Below, in pieces: positions 25,032-32,195 of a DNA stretch of 44,260 nt. This stretch comes from a virus. The stretch lies in the IMG/VR virus record IMGVR_UViG_3300045988_065940. The stretch is one strand, 5' to 3'. A program made the translations under genes and the position numbers. How positions within the stretch are numbered: the stretch's first letter is position 1; each line of letters opens with the position of its first letter. The notes under the pieces are model-generated. The model did no database searches. It was given only the letters and a program-made list of their open reading frames with translations, and was not told the DNA's origin.

Positions 25032-25377
25032 TTTCCTCATCCTTTCTTGCTCCATAGCTGCAAAAGTCATCATCAGCCTTTACATACAGTAAGCCGCCAT
25101 CACATCCGCATCCGAATTCGTATTCATCCGGTTTGTAATACTTACAATCCTTACACCGCACCACAGGCACATAATCCATCTGCACCGCCATGCGCTTGAA
25201 CTCGCTTTTTTTCGGTTCGTGAATATAAATAGGCTCGACAGCAGGCGCACACTTAATGCGCTCGATAATTTTGTGAGCGCCTCGCATTTCTGCGCTCGTT
25301 ATTTTTTCTCTTACCGTATATACCACCGATTGTTCGATGTCATGTAACAGCGCTTCACGCTCTATGTATTCAGCCAT
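25024..25377 (-). CDS. Hypothetical protein with C-terminal Cys cluster
   Basis: N-terminus MAEYIEREALL... and RCKDCKYY...GCGCD motif. Confidence 0.5.
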   Translation of the reverse strand: MAEYIEREALLHDIEQSVVYTVREKITSAEMRGAHKIIERIKCAPAVEPIYIHEPKKSEFKRMAVQMDYVPVVRCKDCKYYKPDEYEFGCGCDGGLLYVKADDDFCSYGARKDEENG

Positions 25378-25573
25378 TGTCGTTCTCACTTTCTGCTTGT
25401 TTTTTCAGTTTTCTCCACGCGCTGTAGCATTCAGGGCACAGATGATAGCCGTCGAATTCACCCCAACCACAAGGCCTTTCTATGTATTCGAACGGCCATT
25501 CTCCGCTTATTTGCGCTTGTTTGACTTCTCCGCAGTGATTGCAAATGAAAACTTTTATCCTAACAAACGACAT
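25370..25573 (-). CDS. Zinc-ribbon protein (67 aa)
   Basis: CNHCG...CPEC motifs, with a GAAGGAGG RBS. Confidence 0.5.
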   Translation of the reverse strand: MSFVRIKVFICNHCGEVKQAQISGEWPFEYIERPCGWGEFDGYHLCPECYSAWRKLKKQAESENDNG

Positions 25574-25753
25574 TATTTGTTACCTCCTTCTACCGCTTAA
25601 ATCGATTTTCTTGCCTGTTATAGTTTCAAGATGCAAGCGAATATGTCTTAATTCTCTCAATATATCAAGTAATATATCTTTCATTTTGCCCTCCATTCCG
25701 AACAGCCGCCGTTGTATTTCCACACACAGCGGCCACATTTTCCGTAGCATGGT

Positions 25754-25933
25754 TTAATCATCGTCATTCTCCTTTCCACTAAGCCACGCACGCAGCTCGT
25801 GCACGCACGAAACGCACAGCTCGTAGTCGTTGTCGTATATTTCCATTTTAAGCAGCCGTATTCCTACGTAGGTCACGGAACTCTTTGGGTTTATCTCCGC
25901 GCCGCAGCGGTCACAGATCAGTTTTGTCGCCAT
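25754..25933 (-). CDS. Possible 59-aa zinc-ribbon protein (MATKLICDRCGAEI...CVSCVHEL...)
   Basis: Just below the track's length cut-off. GGAAAG RBS and CxxC...CxxC motifs. Confidence 0.35.
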   Translation of the reverse strand: MATKLICDRCGAEINPKSSVTYVGIRLLKMEIYDNDYELCVSCVHELRAWLSGKENDDD

Positions 25934-26318
25934 CTTTCCTTGCCTCCAATGCTTTTTCCGCTTCCTCGCGGGTGAGGAATACGGTCTTGCCGATGTCGCA
26001 CCCCCATAGCGTTCCGCAGCCCAAGGTGTTCAGCACCGTGCGCCCGTTAAGAGTGCTTATATCCGTCACGGTAAAGCCGTAAACCCGCGCAGCGGGGTAG
26101 GTGCTGAAGCTCCATAGTTCGTCTCCCACCTTGCACGGCAGCACAACCACGCGCCCGTCCTTGTCGGCTTTCAGCAGTTCTCTGATGTGCTCGGTCAAGC
26201 GGTCGTTGTCGTTGTTTTTTTCAGTTTCCGCAAGTTTCCGTTCCGCAAGTTCTATGCGTTTTTTCAGCCATTCGTTTTCACGCCGAAGGTCTTGGATTGT
26301 CAAATCTTTCTCTGTCAT
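25911..26318 (-). CDS. Hypothetical protein with N-terminal coiled coil
   Basis: The ATG at 26318 has a GAGGTGG RBS. The longer 174-aa version in the track lacks an RBS. Confidence 0.5.
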   Translation of the reverse strand: MTEKDLTIQDLRRENEWLKKRIELAERKLAETEKNNDNDRLTEHIRELLKADKDGRVVVLPCKVGDELWSFSTYPAARVYGFTVTDISTLNGRTVLNTLGCGTLWGCDIGKTVFLTREEAEKALEARKDGDKTDL

Positions 26319-26325
26319 AGCCACC

Positions 26326-26562
26326 TCAATAACCGTACGGGTATGCCGCGACCGCATGTGGCGCAGTCGTTTGCTTTTCGAGTTCGGTAAGCCTACGGGC
26401 GATATCATTGAAAGCTCTGCGCATGCGCTTATCAAGCTCGTTTATGCGCTCATCATTCCAGCGCTTTTCTTCGCGCTCGTTCGCCCACTTTTCATACTTC
26501 GCCTGTTCCTCAGCGCGAACCTTTTCCATTGCTTCTTCAAACTTTTTCTGCGTGATTATCAT
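26326..26562 (-). CDS. Small coiled-coil protein (78 aa)
   Basis: Highly charged and helical, with a GAAAGGAAAG RBS. Confidence 0.5.
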   Translation of the reverse strand: MIITQKKFEEAMEKVRAEEQAKYEKWANEREEKRWNDERINELDKRMRRAFNDIARRLTELEKQTTAPHAVAAYPYGY

Positions 26563-26818
26563 TTTCTGCTTTCCTTTCTTCCAAAAATCCTAAATCAATC
26601 TGGTTAATCTGCACCGCATCCATCCCGGATATTCTGCAATCACTGCAAGGGCAGCTAAAGCAGCTTGGGGAATACGGGCAGGGCTTGTTTACTGTTGGTC
26701 GGCGCATATTTTGCCCCACTGTTCAGCCATCGCTTTTGCTATGCCGGGGAAAGTCTTGCTTCTGACTTTGGCGCGATTGCCAATCGGCTCTATATCTGCG
26801 CCGTTTATACGCGTGATA

Positions 26819-27703
26819 TCACCGAGATGCTTCATCAAGTATGTCCTCCATTTCTATCTGCCCCGGCAAAACTCCGTCTTGCATCCACCAGTGGAATACC
26901 GCTCGCGCATCAATCCAGCCGCCCGCAGTATCGTCTTTACCCATTTGTTTTCGCGCACTAAGCATACGATCAAATGCAGCGATATATAAATCTTTAAATT
27001 TAGGGAGCATTTTAAATTCGGTGTATCTTGATTTGCCTGCCATCGGGCAGCCCACGCATCCCACGCGCTTAAATCCGCACTCATACAGCGGATTCATGTA
27101 AAGGTTTTCGCTGGCAGCATAATCCCATATATCATCATAGCTCCAATCGATAATTGGGTTTACAATTCTTTTTGCTTTCAATTGGCAGTGTTCAAACAAT
27201 CTGCGTTCCACATCATTATCGTCTAATAACATTATTTTCGCCTTGTTCCTGCCTTGCTCCTCAAAAACACCTCTGCCATTTTTTCGCGCATTGCTTTCTT
27301 CCCAGCGAACTCCGGTCGCTATCATGCGCCCGTTTCCTGTAGTTTCCTTGAGTACAGCGCAACAATATCTCGCCAATCGAGTGGGAGGTATCAGTTTTTG
27401 TGGGATCAATGACCACATCGAGACTCGCTCCCCTTTATACTTGGGGTAAACAATCTTGCAATTAAAGCCTTGCGCCTCCCATTTTTTAAACTGATCGCGT
27501 ATGTGATATACAGTTTGTGGCGCGTCCGCCGTTGTGTGGCTGTTGACAATTTCTATTGGGATTTTTGATTTAATTGCTAAATGTACCAGCACTTCGCTAT
27601 CCTTGCCGCCGCTGTATGTAATCATGAGAGGTTTACCGTAGTATTTAAGCGACATATCGCTTCCAATCTTTAAGCGCTCAAGCGCTTTATCCACTTTATC
27701 CAC
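26819..27703 (-). CDS. PAPS-reductase-family (PP-loop ATP pyrophosphatase) protein, IbrA/DndC-like
   Basis: SGGKDS PP-loop near the N-terminus and a C-terminal Cys cluster (ECGFKRVGCVGCPMAG). 294 aa. Confidence 0.8.
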   Translation of the reverse strand: MDKVDKALERLKIGSDMSLKYYGKPLMITYSGGKDSEVLVHLAIKSKIPIEIVNSHTTADAPQTVYHIRDQFKKWEAQGFNCKIVYPKYKGERVSMWSLIPQKLIPPTRLARYCCAVLKETTGNGRMIATGVRWEESNARKNGRGVFEEQGRNKAKIMLLDDNDVERRLFEHCQLKAKRIVNPIIDWSYDDIWDYAASENLYMNPLYECGFKRVGCVGCPMAGKSRYTEFKMLPKFKDLYIAAFDRMLSARKQMGKDDTAGGWIDARAVFHWWMQDGVLPGQIEMEDILDEASR

Positions 27704-28222
27704 TCAGTACACCGCCCTAAAATGATTTTCGACTGAATCGCCCGTGAACCACAGATATTCACTACCCAGTTCGCGCGCGACTTCCGCGCCCTGTTTCTCC
27801 GCCGCCCAGCGCTGCATAACATCCAGCGCAACGGCGTAAAGGTTATCCCACACGGGAAAATCAGCCGAGTATCCGTAGAACTGGTGCGGTTGTTTCAATA
27901 CCCCGATGATGCTGTCAGGAAAACGCGCATCGTCAACGCGGTTAAGCACACACCACACGCATTTCATCTGATTGTCTACCGTGCAGCCACGAGCCTCGCC
28001 GTATAGCATCTGCGCAAGGGCTATCACGTCGGCCTCGGTAAAGTACATCTCGTACTCAGGCTCTGCCACTTCCACTACGCACAGGCCGTGCGTATCAACC
28101 TCGGGCGGCACACCGTCCGCATCGGCCTTGTTGCCCCCTTTGTCAAGGGCAAGCAATACCATGACTATCAGCGCCAGCAGCGCCGCGCACACCTGGGCTA
28201 TGATGATCGTGTATTTATTCAT
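27704..28222 (-). CDS. Membrane-anchored SleB-like cell-wall hydrolase
   Basis: N-terminal TM helix. The motif YGEARGC...CVWCVLNRVDDARFPDSIIGVLKQPHQF matches the SleB/Hydrolase_2 signature. Confidence 0.75.
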   Translation of the reverse strand: MNKYTIIIAQVCAALLALIVMVLLALDKGGNKADADGVPPEVDTHGLCVVEVAEPEYEMYFTEADVIALAQMLYGEARGCTVDNQMKCVWCVLNRVDDARFPDSIIGVLKQPHQFYGYSADFPVWDNLYAVALDVMQRWAAEKQGAEVARELGSEYLWFTGDSVENHFRAVY

Positions 28223-29363
28223 CGGCTACCTCGGCAAATTCGCCGTCCGCAAGCTTATACCATGTATCAGCCTTTATTATTTCGCCGTCGATCTGTGCTG
28301 ATTTAACGCAAACAGGGGCACAGCGCTGTTTATCGCTGTCATATGCCCACTCCGCAAGTGTTATCCAGTTGCCGACTGCTCCTTTTATAATGCTGTTGAT
28401 GCCTATAGCAGCGCCTACGCTGGTGTTGCCCGAAATATCGATCTGCGCGGAGTTGCCTGAGCTGCCTATCTGCGCGTAGCTGCCTGAGCTGCCTATCTTC
28501 GCGTAGCTGCCTGAGCTGCCTATCTTCGCGTAGTCGCCTGAGCTACCTATCTGCGCGGAGTAGCCTGAGCTGCCTATCTTCGCGGAGTCGCCTGAGCTGC
28601 CTATCTGCGCGTAGCTGCCTGAGCTGCCTATCTTCGCGGAGTCGCCTGAGCTGCCTATCTGCGCGAAGCCGCCTGAGCTGCCTATCTGCGCGGAGTAGCC
28701 TGAGCTGCCTATCTTCGCGGAGTCGCCTGAGCTGCCTATCTTCGCGTAGTCGCCTGAGCTACCTATCTTCGCGGAGTCGCCTGAGCTACCTATCTGCGCG
28801 GAGTCGCCTGAGCTGCCTATCTTCGCGGAGTCGCCTGAGCTGCCTATCTTCGCGGAGTAGCCTGAGCTGCCTATCTGCGCGTAGCTGCCTGAGCTACCTA
28901 TCTTCGCGGAGTCGCCTGAGCTGCCTATCTGCGCGGAGTTGCCTGAGCTGCCTATCTTCGCGTAGTCGCCTGAGCTACCTATCTGCGCGGAGTAGCCTGT
29001 TTCGACCTTATCACTCGGCATATTTTTTATCGTTTTCTCGTATACGAAATCTATACAGGCTTTGACGAAACCGGCAAAACCAAGCTTTACGCCGATTTTG
29101 ATAGTGCTTGTGGCGAATTTTCGCCCATCATCGGTAACAGGCTCGTCGATAGCTTCTACGGTCGTAAATTCGCTGAACTTGCCATCTTCGTGCACCAGCG
29201 GGTAATGGTCCAGCACGTCAAACGGATTAACGCAGTAGTGCGTAACCCCGCCGACGCATACGCCGTGCCCGTTTTTCTTGTAGGTTTTGCCTTCTTCGTA
29301 CTGATAACCCCTGCATACGAGTCCGGGGTCATAGGCTTTGTAGCCGTGTTTGTTATCTGTCAT
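28215..29363 (-). CDS. Repeat protein: conserved N-terminal domain, 21 x 9-aa (IGSSGxSAx) repeats and a C-terminal domain
   Basis: 382-aa ORF with an AAAGGGGAA RBS. The repeats are in frame and uninterrupted. Confidence 0.7.
   Translation of the reverse strand: MTDNKHGYKAYDPGLVCRGYQYEEGKTYKKNGHGVCVGGVTHYCVNPFDVLDHYPLVHEDGKFSEFTTVEAIDEPVTDDGRKFATSTIKIGVKLGFAGFVKACIDFVYEKTIKNMPSDKVETGYSAQIGSSGDYAKIGSSGNSAQIGSSGDSAKIGSSGSYAQIGSSGYSAKIGSSGDSAKIGSSGDSAQIGSSGDSAKIGSSGDYAKIGSSGDSAKIGSSGYSAQIGSSGGFAQIGSSGDSAKIGSSGSYAQIGSSGDSAKIGSSGYSAQIGSSGDYAKIGSSGSYAKIGSSGSYAQIGSSGNSAQIDISGNTSVGAAIGINSIIKGAVGNWITLAEWAYDSDKQRCAPVCVKSAQIDGEIIKADTWYKLADGEFAEVADE
28427..28997. repeat. Tandem 27-bp coding repeat, about 21 copies
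   Basis: Plus-strand unit GCCTGAGCTGCCTATCT(G/T)CGC(G/GGA)... is repeated head-to-tail with a few variable positions per unit. Confidence 0.9.
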
Positions 29364-29376
29364 GGTTGTTCCCCTT

Positions 29377-29616
29377 TTACTTTCTTATTGCCTCGCGCAT
29401 TTCTGCGATCGGAATATCTAAGGCCGCTGTCAGCGCGATTGTATTGCCGATCGTCCAGTTAGCAGACGGCTTTTCAAGTATCGTGCTAAGCTGCGAACGC
29501 GTTATGTGCATCTTTTCCGCAAGCCGCGTGAGCGACATATCAAGCGCCGCTTTTCGGCCTAAAACGAGCTCCTTCAGCGGATCGCGCGGCACACGGTCAA
29601 AGCGTGTTTTCGGCAT
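29377..29616 (-). CDS. HTH (XRE-like) DNA-binding protein (79 aa)
   Basis: The ATG at 29616 has a GGAGGTG RBS. Contains the ...MSLTRLAEKMHITRSQLSTIL... helix-turn-helix pattern. Confidence 0.6.
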   Translation of the reverse strand: MPKTRFDRVPRDPLKELVLGRKAALDMSLTRLAEKMHITRSQLSTILEKPSANWTIGNTIALTAALDIPIAEMREAIRK

Positions 29617-29761
29617 TGTGCACCTCCGCTCTGATATACCGCTCGCGCCTTTTAGCGCACTCGTCCTCGGCTGTGTTGGCAAACCACACAAGCGCCGATA
29701 TTACGCCGCCGACGACGAAAACAACGCCCATAACGGCTATGAAAAATAAAGCGATCATCAT
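29597..29761 (-). CDS. Small single-pass membrane protein
   Basis: The ATG at 29761 follows GAGGTAAGGA. Hydrophobic core IALFFIAVMGVVFVVGGVISALVW. Confidence 0.4.
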   Translation of the reverse strand: MMIALFFIAVMGVVFVVGGVISALVWFANTAEDECAKRRERYIRAEVHNAENTL

Positions 29762-29771
29762 TTTCCTTACC

Positions 29772-30149
29772 TCATTCATCAAAGCCGGGCAAAAGCTGCA
29801 CAGTATCAAGAAGCAATTCAAGATCGCTGCGGCTAAGGCCGGATTTGCGAATAATATCATTTACTCGCTCGATAGTTTCAGGATCATCCGTCACATATTC
29901 CTGTTTCGTGATGGGCGTATCGCGGTAGTAGTATTCCCTGCCTGTAGGTACGCTGTACACAAGATGTGAGTAAGCATACTCGATAGCCCTTGACGCCACT
30001 TCTGACAGCGAACGTCTTGTTTCTTCCGACATCTCGCAGACATGGGCGTAGGCTACCATGCTGATACGGATGCGGGGGTACTGCTTCTGCCCACCAACGC
30101 GAGTGCCGGTGTTACGGGGCATTACAAATTTATCTATTTCTTTTGTCAT
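29772..30149 (-). CDS. Hypothetical protein (125 aa)
   Basis: The ATG at 30149 has an AGGAAAGGGGAAAA RBS. Its C-terminal GLSRSDLELLL motif echoes the preceding gene. Confidence 0.5.
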   Translation of the reverse strand: MTKEIDKFVMPRNTGTRVGGQKQYPRIRISMVAYAHVCEMSEETRRSLSEVASRAIEYAYSHLVYSVPTGREYYYRDTPITKQEYVTDDPETIERVNDIIRKSGLSRSDLELLLDTVQLLPGFDE

Positions 30150-30181
30150 TTTCTTTTCCCCTTTCCTATAGTTGGTTTTAA

Positions 30182-30343
30182 TCAAGTACGGAAATCGTCT
30201 AAGCAGTATTCAGGCCGAACGCGAAGAGCTGTAACTATCAGCGCCAGCTCGTACCGGCTCAGCCCTGCACGGTTTAGGATGGCTTCAAGCTCTTCTATCC
30301 GCGCAGGGTCTTTTTCTATGAGCTCAAATCTGCGAAAATTCAT
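30182..30343 (-). CDS. Hypothetical 53-aa protein
   Basis: The ATG at 30343 has a GAAAGGGGAAAG RBS. Contains a GLSRYELALIV motif. Confidence 0.4.
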   Translation of the reverse strand: MNFRRFELIEKDPARIEELEAILNRAGLSRYELALIVTALRVRPEYCLDDFRT

Positions 30344-30548
30344 CTTTCCCCTTTCCGCGCATAAACGCAATAAAAGCCTCACGCGGTATTTTTACGCGGT
30401 TGCCTACGATGATTATGTCAAAGCCCAGCAGCTCCGGGCGCTGCCTTGCCGCAACGCGGATAAGCTGAGGGTCAGAGTGCAGCACACTTGCCACCTGTGC
30501 CGGTGTCAGCGTTGTCGCGTCCATGCGTTCAACTTCCGATAGCGTCAT
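30324..30548 (-). CDS. Excisionase/MerR-like HTH protein (Xis- or Cro-like)
   Basis: LTPAQVASVL...GNRVKIPREAFIAF pattern of the HTH_17/Xis family, with an AAAGGAGAAAAA RBS. Confidence 0.55.
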   Translation of the reverse strand: MTLSEVERMDATTLTPAQVASVLHSDPQLIRVAARQRPELLGFDIIIVGNRVKIPREAFIAFMRGKGKDEFSQI

Positions 30549-30568
30549 GCGTTTTTTCTCCTTTCTGA

Positions 30569-30721
30569 TTAATCTTTATCCTGATCGTTCTTCTCGGCCT
30601 GTGCCTCTGCCATATCCGCTACGCCGTTGGCATAGCCGTTGAAATACTGCTGCTTATCGGCAGGCAGTTTGCTGAAGATGTCGGCCATCGTCTTAATGGT
30701 CTGCTTTTCTTTTTCACTCAT
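30569..30721 (-). CDS. Possible 50-aa protein (MSEKEKQTIKTMADIFSKLPADKQQYF...)
   Basis: Below the track's length cut-off. Strong AAGGGGGTGAAAAA RBS. Confidence 0.4.
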   Translation of the reverse strand: MSEKEKQTIKTMADIFSKLPADKQQYFNGYANGVADMAEAQAEKNDQDKD

Positions 30722-30783
30722 TTTTTCACCCCCTTGTGTTTTTCCCCCTGCTGTGATATGCTCACGGTGGAAGGGGAGATATT

Positions 30784-31050
30784 ATGGAAAGACCTACTAT
30801 GCAAGAAATACGTGAAGCTGTTACAGCGCCGTCTGTTTACGAACGCGCCATGCTTGATCGCGCCGACGAAAGCAACGAAGAATTAAGAACCATTGCCGCC
30901 CACGCCGAAAAACAAGCCCAGCTTGCCGAAGATGCAGCTAAACGCGCTAAGAAAGACGCTTTACGTGCAAGAATCGAAGCTGCTATTTCTCTTTCGATTG
31001 CTCTTGCGTCGCTGCTTGCCTCTGCTTTAGGATTGTTTCCGCTTCTCTGA
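30784..31050 (+). CDS. Possible 88-aa protein with C-terminal TM helix, antisense to the early transcript
   Basis: GGAAGGGGAGA RBS. It converges on and overlaps 30983..31174 by 68 nt. Only one of the two ORFs may be real. Confidence 0.35.
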   Translation: MERPTMQEIREAVTAPSVYERAMLDRADESNEELRTIAAHAEKQAQLAEDAAKRAKKDALRARIEAAISLSIALASLLASALGLFPLL

Positions 31051-31174
31051 GGCAATCTTCTATGGTTTCCTTCCGGCATTTTTCGTTGTGGTGCTGCCAT
31101 CCGAGGCTGGATGCCGTTATTCCGCAGGATAGCCCGGAAAGGAATATACCTAATATCGATACCGTCGCGCTCAT
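30983..31174 (-). CDS. First early-operon ORF: small protein with N-terminal hydrophobic/signal-like segment
   Basis: AAAGGGGGTGAGA RBS, about 60 nt downstream of the early promoter. Confidence 0.4.
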   Translation of the reverse strand: MSATVSILGIFLSGLSCGITASSLGWQHHNEKCRKETIEDCLREAETILKQRQAATQEQSKEK

Positions 31175-31217
31175 CGTCTCACCCCCTTTCTGTGTGTTGT
31201 GACTTGCTTAAATCACT

Positions 31218-31234
31218 TTTAAACTGTGTTTAAA
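31218..31234. promoter_or_regulatory. Operator palindrome O-a: TTTAAAC-TGT-GTTTAAA
   Basis: A 17-bp palindrome with perfect 7-bp arms that abuts the -10 of the early promoter. A second copy lies at 31281..31297. Confidence 0.6.
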
Positions 31235-31262
31235 TAATATATCAGCTGAGTTTAAATGTCAA
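31234..31262 (-). promoter_or_regulatory. Early (lytic, PR-like) promoter
   Basis: Minus strand has TTGACA (31262..31257), a 17-nt spacer and TATTAT (31239..31234). A GTTTAAA half-site (31250-31256) lies within the spacer, adjacent to the -35. Confidence 0.7.
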
Positions 31263-31280
31263 GAGAAATTTTCAATATTT

Positions 31281-31297
31281 TTTAAACACAGTTTAAA
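31281..31297. promoter_or_regulatory. Operator palindrome O-b: TTTAAAC-ACA-GTTTAAA
   Basis: Exact reverse complement of O-a. It lies just upstream of a candidate repressor promoter (TTGATT-17-TATTCT). Confidence 0.6.
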
Positions 31298-31356
31298 TTT
31301 ATTCTTGATTTTATTCTGTAAGTGTGTTATTCTTACGTCAGAAAGGTGGTGAGGAA

Positions 31357-31761
31357 ATGAATAATGAAAAAAATCGTTTCGCAATAGTAATAGATGAAGT
31401 GTGCAACGGCAATAAATCAGCTTTTGCCCGAAAGCTTAATATTACGCCGCAGTATGCCGCACAGATTTATTCCGGTGAAAGAATTCCCGGTGACCGTACA
31501 ATAAAATATATTTGCGAAGAATTTTCTGTTAACGAAACCTGGCTTCGTTCCGGCATCGGCGAGCCGTTCAAGGCCGTAAGCCGCGCTGATGAAATATCCG
31601 CGTTTATCGGTAAGGTGTTAGGCAACGACGGAACACCGATACAACAGGCGTTCATAACGGTGCTTGCACGGACTACGCCGGATGAATGGGCACTGTTTGA
31701 AAGCAAGCTGCTTGAACTCGCAGCCGAAGTCGAAAATATAAAAAAAGAAACCGACCAATAA
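31357..31761 (+). CDS. CI-like phage repressor (HTH)
   Basis: The ATG at 31357 has a GGTGGTGAGGAA RBS. The segment ...SAFARKLNITPQYAAQIYSGERIPGDRTIKYICEEFSVNETWLRSGIGEPF resembles the phage CI repressor HTH domain. It is divergent from the early promoter. Confidence 0.75.
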   Translation: MNNEKNRFAIVIDEVCNGNKSAFARKLNITPQYAAQIYSGERIPGDRTIKYICEEFSVNETWLRSGIGEPFKAVSRADEISAFIGKVLGNDGTPIQQAFITVLARTTPDEWALFESKLLELAAEVENIKKETDQ

Positions 31762-31776
31762 AGGCCGGTTTTTTTG
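31747..31776 (+). terminator. Intrinsic terminator after the repressor gene
   Basis: GAAACCGACC...GGCCGGTTTTTTT: a hairpin with one mismatch plus a T7 run, overlapping the stop codon. Confidence 0.55.
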
Positions 31777-32120
31777 TTGCTGTGTTTACTTCATATTAAG
31801 CAGTAGGATGTACGCGCACCGCAATTCGTAATTGCTTGCTTTGTTGATTAGCCGTTTTAGCTCCTTAATCAGTATTTCCCGTTCTTCTTTTGCTGTCATC
31901 TTTGTTCTCCCTTCCGTTTTTCTTCATTCGCTTATTTAGATATTATTTGCATGTTTCTGTCTAATTAAGATAATAGCACAATCGCGTAATCTTGCCTATT
32001 GGGTTTATGCACAAACATAATATTTAAGGTTTGTGCAAGTTGTGCGGTAAATTATGTTGTCATTTTACACAACTGCCGGATGGTCTTATTAAACAATTAG
32101 CCGAAATTTTTCAAATTTAT

Positions 32121-32149
32121 TGAGCACAAAGGTAATCAGTGGTATTATT
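32121..32149 (+). promoter_or_regulatory. Candidate promoter of the lipoprotein gene
   Basis: TTGAGC, a 17-nt spacer and TATTAT, about 45 nt before the ATG at 32196. Confidence 0.45.
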
Positions 32150-32195
32150 GTAAATACCCACAAGCAAAAAATAATGATAAAGGGGAAGAGATAAT

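Noticed and set aside
28427-28997. Regular 27-bp periodic repeat array that could be mistaken for a CRISPR array
   Set aside because: The units are contiguous with no spacers. The array lies in frame inside a 382-aa ORF with an RBS and encodes a clean 9-residue protein repeat. No cas genes or leader sequence are present.
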